Assembly: GCA_965214705.1 (NCBI GenBank)
Contig: OZ243972.1
Location: 1,280,001 to 1,344,000, forward strand
Direction: 5' to 3'
Source: Alphaproteobacteria bacterium
Lineage (GTDB): Bacteria; Pseudomonadota; Alphaproteobacteria; UBA828
Length of the DNA: 64,000 nucleotides
In this document: one piece after another, positions 1-9,610 of the stretch
Position numbering within the stretch: position 1 is the first letter of the stretch
Layout: each line of letters begins with the position of its first letter
Position numbers and translations under genes: made by a program
The notes under the pieces: generated by a model
What the model was told of the DNA's origin: nothing
Database searches by the model: none
What the model saw: the letters and a program-made list of their open reading frames with translations, nothing else

Positions 1-375
1 CACCTCGCGCGTCAGGCTGTCGGTGTCGGCAAAGAGGCCGCGATCGATGGTCTGTGCCGACGCAGGATCGGGCGGCGGGATCGCAGCCACGGCGAGACCC
101 GCGGCAGCGAGCAGCAGGACGAGCCAGAGGAGGCCGGGACGGAACCGCCCGGTCCGTGGACCGGCCACGACGCGCGGATCTTCCGCTCCGTCACTGACGC
201 CCGCCGCCGGGCCGCCGCTAACGGCCTCTCCTTCGTCTCCGGCGTCCGTCCCGGCAGGCGACGGCCCCGGCCGGCACGCCAATTCGATCAGCGCGCGCAG
301 CACGGCCGCCGACCGCAGCACGGCCGCGAGCGGCCGGCCGAGCTCGAGGGCGAACAGGAAGCGGAGCGGGCGCAT
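1..375 (-). CDS. 5' part of a membrane protein, probably DotA/TraY (runs off left edge)
   Basis: Own translation from ATG 375: MRPLRFLFALELG...LLWLVLLLAAAGLAVAA...LFADTDSLTREV, open to the edge; follows traW-like gene. Confidence 0.45.
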   Translation of the reverse strand, partial: MRPLRFLFALELGRPLAAVLRSAAVLRALIELACRPGPSPAGTDAGDEGEAVSGGPAAGVSDGAEDPRVVAGPRTGRFRPGLLWLVLLLAAAGLAVAAIPPPDPASAQTIDRGLFADTDSLTREV

Positions 376-380
376 GGCGT

Positions 381-1574
381 TCAGTTGGCGCCCGCCGCCG
401 GGTTGGCGAGGCCGGGCAGGCGCCGCATCTCTTCCACACCCAGCGCGAGCGCGGCAGCGTCGATGGCGCCCCGCCGCTCGTCGGTGCGGTAGCGCTGCCA
501 GTCGAGCATGAGCGAAACCGCCTGGAGCGTGACCAGCTCGCGCAGCAGGTTCTCGGCCGACATCCCCTGGAGGCGCACGAACCAGTCGGGGTCCTCGAAG
601 CGGCGGCTCGCGAGCAGCTCGAGGAGCTCGTAGCGGCTCACCGGGTTCCCGGCATCGCGCCGTGATATCCCGGCAACGGCCGCAGCCCATGCGCCGAGCG
701 CGGCGCCGGGCGCCCTGAGCGAGCGGGCGCCGGCGAAGTAGTCGGCGGCCAGCGCCGTCCTTGCGTCCGCCGCGCGCGCGAGCAGCACGCGGCGGCGCTC
801 GCGCTCGGTATCGGCGGAGGCGAGCGGCGGCGGGTCGTGCACCACGGGCGCGGCGAGATTGCGCGAGAGCTCGATCGCCGAGCGCAGCTCTTCCCCGCTC
901 GCGAAGGTGCGGCGGTCGAACAGCGTGCCGGCCCTGAGATCCGCGCCGTGCATGGCGTGCACGCCCCGGCAGACACTCGTGCCGAAGAGCGCGGGGTCCT
1001 CGCCGGCGCGTGCCGCGTTGCAATAGGTCTGCGTGAGGGTCTCGAAGCGAGCGGCGTCGCCGGCCGCTGCGCCGGGACGGTCGACTACGGCCCGGTCGCC
1101 CGTGATCCGCCCGGTCTCGGTAATGGCGGCGCTCGCCCTGGCGCGGGCGCTTGCCGCGCCCGTCGCGGCGAGTCCCGCGAGTCCGGTGATCCCCTCGCAG
1201 GCGCCCCGGGCGGGGCGGCGCGCCCGCATGGCCTCGGTCTCGGCCGCCTCGCGCGCGATCTGCGCCTGCAGCCTGGTCTGCGAATCGAGCGCGCCGGTGA
1301 TCGCCCTGGCGCTCTGGGCGGTGTAGCCCGAGAGCTGTCCGGTCTGGAGGCGGAGCGCCTCGACGATGGCGCGCTCCATCTCGTCGATCTCTTGCGTGAG
1401 ATCCCGGATGACGCGGCTCGCCTCGCGGCGGTCGTCGTCGGTACGGTCGCAGGCGTGAGCCAATGCCTGTGCCGGCGCCAGGAGCGCAGCCCCCAGGAGC
1501 ACGGTCGCGGCCAGGGCGGCCCCGGCCGACCCGCTGGTGCCGAGGCCCGAGGGTGTGTAACGTCTCGCGCTCAT
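381..1574 (-). CDS. TraW-like type IVB conjugal transfer protein
   Basis: Signal peptide, coiled coil, C-terminal RRFEDPDWFVRLQGMSAENLLRE resembles IncI TraW; ATG 1574 overlaps the upstream stop. Confidence 0.6.
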   Translation of the reverse strand: MSARRYTPSGLGTSGSAGAALAATVLLGAALLAPAQALAHACDRTDDDRREASRVIRDLTQEIDEMERAIVEALRLQTGQLSGYTAQSARAITGALDSQTRLQAQIAREAAETEAMRARRPARGACEGITGLAGLAATGAASARARASAAITETGRITGDRAVVDRPGAAAGDAARFETLTQTYCNAARAGEDPALFGTSVCRGVHAMHGADLRAGTLFDRRTFASGEELRSAIELSRNLAAPVVHDPPPLASADTERERRRVLLARAADARTALAADYFAGARSLRAPGAALGAWAAAVAGISRRDAGNPVSRYELLELLASRRFEDPDWFVRLQGMSAENLLRELVTLQAVSLMLDWQRYRTDERRGAIDAAALALGVEEMRRLPGLANPAAGAN

Positions 1575-2146
1575 CGGCCGCCCTCCACCACGCCCCGGAA
1601 CAGCTCGGCATCCGCGTCGTTCGCCCGAATGTCGTCGAGGACATTGCGCCTCTCCCAGTCGAGGTCGAGGCCGGGAAGTCGGCGGGCCGGCACGGTGTAG
1701 ACCGATGCGTCGAGCCCCCTGCCCAGGTAGCGGCGGTAGGCATCGCGCGCCACCGCGCAGAGGCGCCGCCGCGCCAGATCGAGGATGTCGTCGAGCGCGC
1801 CCGCCGGATCGAACAGCACGTCGAAGGCGCGGTAGTCGAACAGGTCCCGGATGCAGGAGAAGTCGAAGATGGAATCGGGGTTGCGGATGCCCTGGTCGGG
1901 ATGGCGGATAATGGCGAGATCGGCCTCGACACCGGCCTCGGCGCTTTTCGCCAGCGCCTCGGCCACCGCCGGATCGCACGCGTCAGCCTGCGCGTCAGCG
2001 TGGCCGACGGAAGCCTGCCCGCCTGGATCGCTGCTTGCCGCCGCCCCGCCGCCTGGCGGCGCCTGCGCGGAAGACTGCGCCTCCGCCGGCGCCGCCCACA
2101 GAAGCAGAACGAGCGCCGCCACAGGCGCGCGCCTGAACTTACTCAT
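1571..2146 (-). CDS. Exported Cys-containing conjugation-associated hypothetical protein
   Basis: Signal peptide (AxA), CDPAV...FSCI motifs, coupled between ssb and traW-like. Confidence 0.55.
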   Translation of the reverse strand: MSKFRRAPVAALVLLLWAAPAEAQSSAQAPPGGGAAASSDPGGQASVGHADAQADACDPAVAEALAKSAEAGVEADLAIIRHPDQGIRNPDSIFDFSCIRDLFDYRAFDVLFDPAGALDDILDLARRRLCAVARDAYRRYLGRGLDASVYTVPARRLPGLDLDWERRNVLDDIRANDADAELFRGVVEGGR

Positions 2147-2603
2147 CGCCCGCCCCGTCATCGGCCCCCGGGTCCTCGGCCCGAGGGTCCTCGGCCCGAG
2201 GGTCTCCCGCCTCGGGTTCTCCGGCAGGCTCCCCGGCGCCGTCCGCATGGCCCGCGCCGGCCTTCGGCCTGAGCACGTTCACCACGCCCTGCGGGCCGGC
2301 GACGATGACCTCCGTCACCTTCCGCCTGATGCCCTTGCCGTCGTCGTACTCGCGGGTGGCGAGCCGGCCCTCGACCAGCACCGGGGAGCCCTTGCGCACC
2401 ATGTCCTCGACCGGCTTGACCGCGCCGCCGTAGACGACGATGCGGTGCCAGTCCGTCTTCTCGACCGCAGCCCCGCCCTCGCCCTTCCAGCGCCGCGTGG
2501 TGGCAAGCGTGAACCAGGCGGTCCTCTCGTCCTCCGACAGCTTGCGCCCCTCGGGATCGCGGCCCGCATGGCCCAGCAGCGTGACCCTGTTCATGTGCAA
2601 CAT
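2139..2603 (-). CDS. ssb: Single-stranded DNA-binding protein
   Basis: MNRVTLLGHAGRDPE...TDWHRIV...KGSPVLVEGRL OB-fold signature. Confidence 0.93.
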   Translation of the reverse strand: MLHMNRVTLLGHAGRDPEGRKLSEDERTAWFTLATTRRWKGEGGAAVEKTDWHRIVVYGGAVKPVEDMVRKGSPVLVEGRLATREYDDGKGIRRKVTEVIVAGPQGVVNVLRPKAGAGHADGAGEPAGEPEAGDPRAEDPRAEDPGADDGAGDE

Positions 2604-2621
2604 GTCCTGCCTCCTTTCGGC

Positions 2622-5600
2622 TCAGGGTTGAGATCGGGCCGGCCCGTTCGGGACCGGCCGGGGTGAATCCGATGTCTCGTGCGCGGCCGCGCGCGCGACC
2701 TCCTCCGCGAGCCGGTCGAGCACGGCCTCCTCCGACGCCGCACGTCCGGTGTCCGGCGAATCCGGACGCGCGAGCTCGCCCTCGATACGCGGCCGAGCGG
2801 TGCCCTCCGGGAACGCCCGTGCCAGCGCCGCCCGGGCGCGGGCTGGCGGCAACTGGCCGTAGAGCCGTCTCCGCAGCGCGACGTCCGCCGGGCTGGTGGT
2901 GAGCGCCCAGAGCTCGACCGGGCCCGGCGTGTTGACGACGAGCTGCTCGAAGCGCCCGCCCTGGCCGGCGGCGATCAGCAGCGCCGGCGCCCCGTCCCGT
3001 CCGGGTCCGGTGAGCCGGTAGCGGATGACGTCCGAGAGCGTGTCGCTCAGCCCGAAGGCGGCCGCGAGCGCCTCGGCTTCCTTCGCCTTGCCGCCGGAGC
3101 CCAGGATCCAGTATCGGTTGGCGAGCTCGGCGAGCGCGCCGCCGAAGTCGTCGAGCCGCTGCGAGGCGAGTGCGAGGCGCACCCGGAGCTTCCGGGCCTC
3201 GCGCACGTCGCGCTCGACCTGGGCGCGCGCGGCCGGCGCGCCGGCGGTGCGGTGGAACTCGTCGTAGCAGAGCCGCTTCGGCGATTCGCGGATGTCGCGC
3301 AGCCTGGCCGCGTGCCAATCCCGGTAAGGCTCCGGAATCGCGCCGAGCGCGTCCTCGCCGATCCACCAGTGGCGGGTCAGCGCGTGGCGCGCGAGCAGAT
3401 AGAAGGCGGCGGACTGCCGGTCGGCCTCGGCCGAGCCCTGCGGCGCGACCTCGGCGAGATCGATCGCCGCGAGCCGCGCGCCGCCGACGTCGAAGGCGGT
3501 AGGAGAAAACATCACCGGCCAGTCGCCGGAGAGAGCCGTCAGGATGCGGATGAAGGCCTGGGTGACGCTCTCGCCGCCGCTGCCGTATCTCGCATCCCCC
3601 ACCAGCCCCTGAACGGCGGGCTCGCGCGCGCTCGCCAGCAGGTCGGCGAGGACCGGCACCGCGTAGCGCTGCGCCCGCGCGGCCGCATCGATGGCGCCCG
3701 CCTCGAACAGCAAGTCCACCACCTCCCACCAGAGCGGGCTCTCGGGGAGGCGGAGGCCTGACGCCGCGATCGCGGCGTCCACGTCTGCGTCGCGGCCTTC
3801 CGTGTAAGCGTGGGGCTCGGCTCCGGCCACCTTGTCCGAGCGCATCTCGTAGGCGCCCGTCAGCGCCGGCCCCAGCAGCTCCCGCATGCCGTCCGGCACG
3901 CCGGCGGCGGAGCCTCGGGCCGGACACTCGTGCCGCAGACCCGCCGGCGTCACCATCAGGCCGAGCAGGTTCATCAGGAAGGCGCGCTCGGCAGGCAGCG
4001 GCGCGCGGCAGCCGAGCTGCGTGTCGCAGGGGTTGATCGCATGCTCGGGCGTCATGCGGAGCGGGAACCAGCCCGCCTCGTGGCGGCGGCCGGGCGGCAG
4101 GGCCTCGCGGACCAGCGAGATCAGCCCGGAGGACGACGGGCCGATGTCGATCACCGCGGCCAGCGGAAGGCTCGCCTGGCCGCCCTGCAGCGAGAACGCC
4201 AGGCCCAGGGCGTTCATCAACACCGACTTGCCCTGGCCGGGCAGGCCGTAGATCAGCTCGAAGCCATAGTCGCCGCCCTCTGCCGGGGCCAGCGGCAGAG
4301 GCTTGCCGTCGGGCGAGCGGAACAGGTGCGCGGCCTCCGCCCCGGAGGAGAGCCGCGAGAGCGGCGCGGGCCGGCTGACCGGGAAGAGGTGCAGGGCCTC
4401 GGACAGGGGGGCCAGGGCGGGTTCCGCGGTGGCGCCGCAGCAGAAGCCCGGGACCGAAGCGCAATAACTCTCCAGCGGATCGCCCGTGAGCGGCGTGAAC
4501 ACCGCCTCGCCCCAGCCCTCGGCCACCTGCTGCAGGCGGCCGAGGCGGACGGCGAGCGCCGTCTCTCCGTCTTCCGCGCCGACCCAGGTGAGGGTGCCTA
4601 AGCGCAGCCGGACGATGGCATGCGCGTCTTCGCCGAGCGCCGCGAGGTCCCGAAGCGCGTTGCGGGCGAGCAGGCTGTCCGACGACGAGAACGCGAGGAA
4701 GGAAGAGGCGACGCGGGAAACGGTCGTATCCAGGCGGTGCATGCCGCCGCCCTCGATCAGCAGCGAGAGGCGGCAGGGGAGGCCCGCGCCCGCGAGCCCC
4801 GCCATCAGCTCGGAGAACGGCCGGGCCCTGCGCGGCCCCAGCGACATGTCGAGCGCGCCGTAGAGGCGCCCGCCGATGCGGATGCCGCCGCCGGTCCGCT
4901 CGGGCTCGCGCACCAGCAGCTGCGGGGCGAGCGGCGGCGGGAAGGCGCCTGTGTCGGGCGGCTCGGTGAACCGCGCCGGCGCATCGTTGGCGCCGGTCAC
5001 CGGGCGCCAGTCGGATGCAGTCGAGGCCGCGCCGTTCACCATGCGCCGCATGAGGCGAAGCGCGTCCTCCTCCGGCAGCCTCCGGCCTTCGATCCCGGTC
5101 TCCGCGAGCACAGCCACGACCGCGTCGAGCAGCGCCTCGTGACGCGCCCACAGTCCTTCGAGCGCGAGATGAGGGCACTGCGCCTCACCGGCCTCGGGCA
5201 GCCAGTCCCTGAGCTTCCTGCGGAGCCCCTTGCGGTCCCGCTCCAGGCGGTCGCGCGGCAGCACGGAGGGCCGGGTCCAGCAGGCCAGCACCAGGGTCTC
5301 GGCCGCGATCAGCGGGGCCAAACGACGCGCCCGCTCGACCAGCAGGTCGTCGAGGTCCAGCCCGAGCCGGCGGGCCTGTCGCCGCGCGGCCTCGGCATGC
5401 GCCTCGGCGAGACCCCCGGCTTCGTCGGGCGCGCGCTCGAACACCATGTGGAGCGCATGGCCGGGATGGGCGAAGGCGGTGTTGAGCCTGAGCGCGGCGA
5501 CCTCCACGAAGCGGTCGAGCTCTTCCGCGCCCATCATCGAGCGGGTGCCGTCGAGACCGATCAGCGAGACCAGCGAGCCGTCGTGGCACACCAGCACGCC

Positions 5601-5720
5601 GCCGCCGCCTTCGAGGGGAACGGCCGCCTGCGGCGCCAGGAAACTCTCCAGCGGCTTGCGGCGCAGCGTCCAGCTCAGGCGCTGCAGGTCGTCGGCGGCG
5701 GCAGCCAGGGAGAGCGGCAT
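2622..5720 (-). CDS. icmB: IcmB/DotO/TraU VirB4-like ATPase
   Basis: ~1030 aa, Walker A GLPGQGKS, IDIGPSSSGLI, INPCDTQLGCR, YDEFHRT, ELWALTT. Confidence 0.9.
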   Translation of the reverse strand: MPLSLAAAADDLQRLSWTLRRKPLESFLAPQAAVPLEGGGGVLVCHDGSLVSLIGLDGTRSMMGAEELDRFVEVAALRLNTAFAHPGHALHMVFERAPDEAGGLAEAHAEAARRQARRLGLDLDDLLVERARRLAPLIAAETLVLACWTRPSVLPRDRLERDRKGLRRKLRDWLPEAGEAQCPHLALEGLWARHEALLDAVVAVLAETGIEGRRLPEEDALRLMRRMVNGAASTASDWRPVTGANDAPARFTEPPDTGAFPPPLAPQLLVREPERTGGGIRIGGRLYGALDMSLGPRRARPFSELMAGLAGAGLPCRLSLLIEGGGMHRLDTTVSRVASSFLAFSSSDSLLARNALRDLAALGEDAHAIVRLRLGTLTWVGAEDGETALAVRLGRLQQVAEGWGEAVFTPLTGDPLESYCASVPGFCCGATAEPALAPLSEALHLFPVSRPAPLSRLSSGAEAAHLFRSPDGKPLPLAPAEGGDYGFELIYGLPGQGKSVLMNALGLAFSLQGGQASLPLAAVIDIGPSSSGLISLVREALPPGRRHEAGWFPLRMTPEHAINPCDTQLGCRAPLPAERAFLMNLLGLMVTPAGLRHECPARGSAAGVPDGMRELLGPALTGAYEMRSDKVAGAEPHAYTEGRDADVDAAIAASGLRLPESPLWWEVVDLLFEAGAIDAAARAQRYAVPVLADLLASAREPAVQGLVGDARYGSGGESVTQAFIRILTALSGDWPVMFSPTAFDVGGARLAAIDLAEVAPQGSAEADRQSAAFYLLARHALTRHWWIGEDALGAIPEPYRDWHAARLRDIRESPKRLCYDEFHRTAGAPAARAQVERDVREARKLRVRLALASQRLDDFGGALAELANRYWILGSGGKAKEAEALAAAFGLSDTLSDVIRYRLTGPGRDGAPALLIAAGQGGRFEQLVVNTPGPVELWALTTSPADVALRRRLYGQLPPARARAALARAFPEGTARPRIEGELARPDSPDTGRAASEEAVLDRLAEEVARAAAHETSDSPRPVPNGPARSQP

Positions 5721-5728
5721 GGCTCCTC

Positions 5729-6181
5729 CTACAGCCTCGGCTTGAGGACGGTGTGGCTGCCGCCGTCGATGCCGAAGGTGTCGCCCAGCGCATTGATGAC
5801 GGCGGGTGCCGCGATCAGCGCGACGCCGATCAGGATGGCGATCAGGCCCGAACCGATGGTGGTCTGCTGGGGGTGGTCGACGTGGCGCTTCAGCTTCAGC
5901 AGTCCGAAGCCGACGATGGCGGCGCCGATGATGTAGAAGGCGATGGCGATCAGCCCCGGCACGGTCTCCAGGTCGCCCGCCGCCTCCTGGGCCATGTCCC
6001 CGAGGGAGACCGCCAGCGCCGGGCCCGTGCTCCAGACACTGGTGCCGGAGAGCCACGCCGCGCCCATCAGGGCGGCCGCGACGGGGCCGGGGGACGGAAC
6101 CGCCCCCACACTCGGTGAACGGGGACTCTTCAACTCCAGCAGGATGCGCCGGACGTTTCGCGGGAGGGCTGCGAGGCTCAT
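5729..6181 (-). CDS. IcmD/TraR-like small membrane protein
   Basis: Two TM helices flanking KLKRHVDHPQQ; position before icmB. Confidence 0.7.
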   Translation of the reverse strand: MSLAALPRNVRRILLELKSPRSPSVGAVPSPGPVAAALMGAAWLSGTSVWSTGPALAVSLGDMAQEAAGDLETVPGLIAIAFYIIGAAIVGFGLLKLKRHVDHPQQTTIGSGLIAILIGVALIAAPAVINALGDTFGIDGGSHTVLKPRL

Positions 6182-6243
6182 CGGATGTCCTTTCAGCGGA
6201 TGCCCGGCATCCTTCGATGCTTCGCATCGTTCGGTGCTCCGCA

Positions 6244-6783
6244 TCAGTCGATGCTCAGCACTTCGATGCCGAGGCTGGTCTGGACGGCGTCGATCACGGC
6301 GCCGAGGTGCCAGGCGGCGATGCCGCCGGCCATGTGGGCGAAGGCCCGGGCGCCGCCGGCGCCGGGCCTGCCGTCGGCAGCTGCGCGGAGCACGAAGGCG
6401 CCCCGGACGAAGGCGAAGAGCCCGACCAGGGCGACCAGGGCGAACACGGCCGCCAGCAGCGCGTCGTAGTCGGCGCCGCGCCCCCTGTAGCCCAGGCTCG
6501 CGGTGCCGGGCGGGTTCGCCGTGCCGAACAGGCTCTCGCTCGCCGCCCCGAGCCAGGAGGGGAGCGCCGCGAGCACGATGCAGATGACGAAGCTGAGCGC
6601 CGTGCCGCCGGCCGACGGCGCATGGAACTTGTCCTCCGAGGTCTTGAGCAGCCGCAGCAGCCCCTGGGCGAGCGCCATCAACGCGAGCAGGTAGCAGACG
6701 ACCGCGACCAGGATCAGCAGGCCTGGCTCGAGGTCGCGGACCAGCGAGATCATGGCCCGGCCAAGGTCGTTCGACTCAGCCAT
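6244..6783 (-). CDS. IcmC/DotE/TraQ-like membrane protein
   Basis: Four hydrophobic segments, FVRG...AFAHMAGG motif; between icmE and icmD-like. Confidence 0.7.
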   Translation of the reverse strand: MAESNDLGRAMISLVRDLEPGLLILVAVVCYLLALMALAQGLLRLLKTSEDKFHAPSAGGTALSFVICIVLAALPSWLGAASESLFGTANPPGTASLGYRGRGADYDALLAAVFALVALVGLFAFVRGAFVLRAAADGRPGAGGARAFAHMAGGIAAWHLGAVIDAVQTSLGIEVLSID

Positions 6784-7855
6784 CGGGGGAGTCCTTCGTA
6801 CCCGGCGGCGCGGCGAACACCACCACCAGCTCGGTGTCGCGCGCGATACGCACGGTGGGCCGGTCCGGCGCGTTCTCGAGCAGCACGTCGCCGGCGGTGC
6901 GGGCCGCCGTGGCAAGCCCGGCATGGACCGCCTCGCGGGTCGACGACTCCAGACGCTCGTATCGGACGTCGTCCCCGATCACCACGGTCTGCGACGGCCG
7001 GGAGAGGGCGGTCAGGAAGCCCTCGGCGAAGCGCACGGCCGACGGCAGCAGCACGCGCTCGAACCAGTGGCTGTCGACCTCCCCGTCCACCCCGTAGCAG
7101 GCGCAGTCCAGCCCGGCGGCCCAGGCATCGATCGCAAAGCTCCGCCCCCTGTATTCGACGCGGCCGAGCCGCAGCACCAGACGTTCGCCCACCAGCGTGA
7201 ACGCGCCGGAGGCGACGGCTCCCGCAAGCGGCGGCTCCAGTAGCTCCAGCAGCACCGGGCCGGGGTAGTCGGAGTCGACGGCATACATGGTGCGGGCGTA
7301 GAGCCCGGTCCCGGCCGCGATCCGCGGCAGACCCTCGGGCCGGAGAATGGACGCGGCCGCCGGCGGCTCCCGTCCGGCCTCCGGCAGAGGATCCCTGCCC
7401 TCGACGGCAGCGGGATCGCGGGCGGCCGCCGGATAGCGCACACGCACGATCTCGGGCGGCCGCGTCCAGGCCTCGATCAGCACGCCGACGAGACCCTCGG
7501 GCCGCGGGTCGCCGTGGCCCCGGTCCTCCCGGCCGGAAGCGGGAGCACTTTCGGGCCGGCGCCAGGCCTCGTAGGCCGGCTGCGGCGGAGTCGGCGCGCG
7601 GGCCGGCTCTCCTGCGGACCCGGAGGGCGCATCGGCACCGCGCGCCGTCGACGGCCCCTGGAAGACCGGCAGGAAGGTCTCGCCGGCCTCGCGGGCCGCA
7701 TCGAGGCGCTGCCGGTCGCGCTCGTCGAGCGTGTCGCGGTAGGCCGGCGGCACGGCGTCCTCGGGGTCGAGCCTGAGATCGCGGTTGTCGGGGACCTGCG
7801 CCAGGCCGGGACCGGCGAGGCCCGCCACCAGCCATACGGCCAGCAGGACACTCAT
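6776..7855 (-). CDS. icmE: IcmE/DotG/TraO (VirB10-like) core protein
   Basis: AGTGLYA...VDSDYPGPV...GPLAGA...VDSHWFER TrbI-like C-terminal domain. Confidence 0.8.
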   Translation of the reverse strand: MSVLLAVWLVAGLAGPGLAQVPDNRDLRLDPEDAVPPAYRDTLDERDRQRLDAAREAGETFLPVFQGPSTARGADAPSGSAGEPARAPTPPQPAYEAWRRPESAPASGREDRGHGDPRPEGLVGVLIEAWTRPPEIVRVRYPAAARDPAAVEGRDPLPEAGREPPAAASILRPEGLPRIAAGTGLYARTMYAVDSDYPGPVLLELLEPPLAGAVASGAFTLVGERLVLRLGRVEYRGRSFAIDAWAAGLDCACYGVDGEVDSHWFERVLLPSAVRFAEGFLTALSRPSQTVVIGDDVRYERLESSTREAVHAGLATAARTAGDVLLENAPDRPTVRIARDTELVVVFAAPPGTKDSPDG

Positions 7856-7909
7856 ATGTATAACGCCCGACACGCCGCGCCCCCCGCGCCGCGTCCTTGC
7901 CTTCAGTCC

Positions 7910-8926
7910 TCATTGCCGGTCTCCCACCCTGAGGGTGTCCTGCCAGTCGGCATCCGTTCCCGAGTCCGAGAGCGCCAGCCGTTTCTCGCGGCCCCCGTCG
8001 CTCACCAGGACGAGAGGCGTGTCGGCGAGGCGGTAGGCCCAGCGGCCGCCGGGTCCGCGCTCCGCCGCCAAGGGTCCCGGCGAGAGCAGGTGGGCGCGGG
8101 TCAGCAGCAGCAGGTCGCCGCCCCGGCGCCAGGCGCGGTCCCCGGCCGTGCCGCCCTCGATCGCCAGACGCTCGGCATCCGCAGGCACGGCGCCGCCGAG
8201 AAGTGCGAGCAGAACCGGATCGCCCGCATGGAAGCCGCGCGGGGCGGCGAGAACGCCCGGATCGGCGTTGGGCCCGGGAACGCCGAGGCGGATCTCCACA
8301 CGGAAGTCCGCGTCGGCGCCGGTGCCGCGCAGGCTGGCGACCACCGGCTCCGCGAGGCTCACGAGCTTCACCACCGCGTTGCCGCGCTGGTAGGCGGCGG
8401 CCGGCGCGAGATAGAGCAGATGGCTTGCCATAGGGCTGCCACCCGACACCTTCCCGCCGGTGTCGCTGTCTGCGCCCGGCGGCAGGAACCGGCGGTCGAC
8501 CAGCGCCTCCTCGATCGGCCATGGCGCGCCGGTGGAATCGGTGAACGAGAGGACGGTGACGTAGCCGCGCCTGAGCGCGATCTCCGGGACACTCGTGCCG
8601 GAGATCCCGCCGCCCTGCGCGCCGTCCAGCCGCACACGGCGGATGCGCCCCTGCGGCGCCTCCCCCGCGCCCCTTGCCGTGGCTTCCTGCGTCTCGCGCA
8701 GGATGCGCCCCAGAATCTCGATCTGCTCCTGCGTGAAGGGCAGCGCCGCCCGGCCCTGGCGGGCCGCGTCATCGTCGGTGAGCGCATGGGCGGACCAGGC
8801 GTCGACCGTCCGCTCCAGCGGCACCCCTGGGCCCCCAGGCGCCTTGTCCTGCGCCGCAGCGGGAGACGCGGCGAGCGTAGCCAACAATGCCGCAAGCGGC
8901 AGGGACGAGAGCGTTTGCATCCTCAT
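7910..8926 (-). CDS. icmK: IcmK/DotH/TraN outer-membrane core protein (in frame with upstream dotI)
   Basis: Signal peptide, GYVTVLSFTDSTGAPWPI, GPNA motif. Confidence 0.85.
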   Translation of the reverse strand: MRMQTLSSLPLAALLATLAASPAAAQDKAPGGPGVPLERTVDAWSAHALTDDDAARQGRAALPFTQEQIEILGRILRETQEATARGAGEAPQGRIRRVRLDGAQGGGISGTSVPEIALRRGYVTVLSFTDSTGAPWPIEEALVDRRFLPPGADSDTGGKVSGGSPMASHLLYLAPAAAYQRGNAVVKLVSLAEPVVASLRGTGADADFRVEIRLGVPGPNADPGVLAAPRGFHAGDPVLLALLGGAVPADAERLAIEGGTAGDRAWRRGGDLLLLTRAHLLSPGPLAAERGPGGRWAYRLADTPLVLVSDGGREKRLALSDSGTDADWQDTLRVGDRQ

Positions 8927-9610
8927 GTCCCCGCTCCGCGGCCCGAGGGTCTCTGGCCCGAGAGGTCTCTGGGCCGAGGCTCCCTTGCCGGCGATGAGCT
9001 GCTCGATGGCGATCCCGGCGGGGCGCTCGTCGAGCGGCACCCGCATCACCAGCACCTGCGCGACCAGCTCCTGGCTGACGCGGCGCGTTCCGGCCGAGAA
9101 GGTGACCAGCAGGGGGAACTCGACGGCCCAGCCGACGCGGCCCGCGAAGAAGCGCGTGTCCACGATCACAGGCGCGCCCTGGGCCACCGCCGAGGCCACC
9201 TGCAGGTTGCCGCGCAGCCGGTCGAGGAAGAGGCTCTCGTCGAGGCCCTTGAGGAACGACTCGTAGCCCGAGTCCGTAAAGTACTCGCGGATGCCCGACA
9301 GCCTGAGCCGCCAGTCGTGGTGGCCGAGGGTGAAGGCCTCGGTCACCGCCGACACGGTCCAGTTCCTGAGCGCCGCGTCCGACATGATCGGCTCGTCGAG
9401 CGGGGTGAGGCGCACCAGCCGCCCGTCCGGGGTCGCGGCAACCGCGATGTAGACCGTCGAGTGCATCCAGACGTAGCCCGCAAAGGCGCAGGCCGTCAGC
9501 ACGTTGCAGGCGAGCAGCCAGCCGGCCGCCCGGCGCCAGCCGTGGTGCTGGTCGCGGTGGAACGCGAATCTCTTGGCCGCCGCGCGCACGGCCTGCAGGC
9601 GGCTACTCAT
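8927..9610 (-). CDS. icmL: IcmL/DotI/TraM (no stop codon before icmK)
   Basis: N-terminal TM, ATPDGRLVRLTPLDEP, YFTDSGYESF, GIAIEQLI. Confidence 0.88.

Noticed and set aside
7855-7913. ATG at 7913 overlapping the icmK stop, out of frame with icmE across a G6 run
   Set aside because: icmE has its own in-frame start and signal peptide; phase variation cannot be supported
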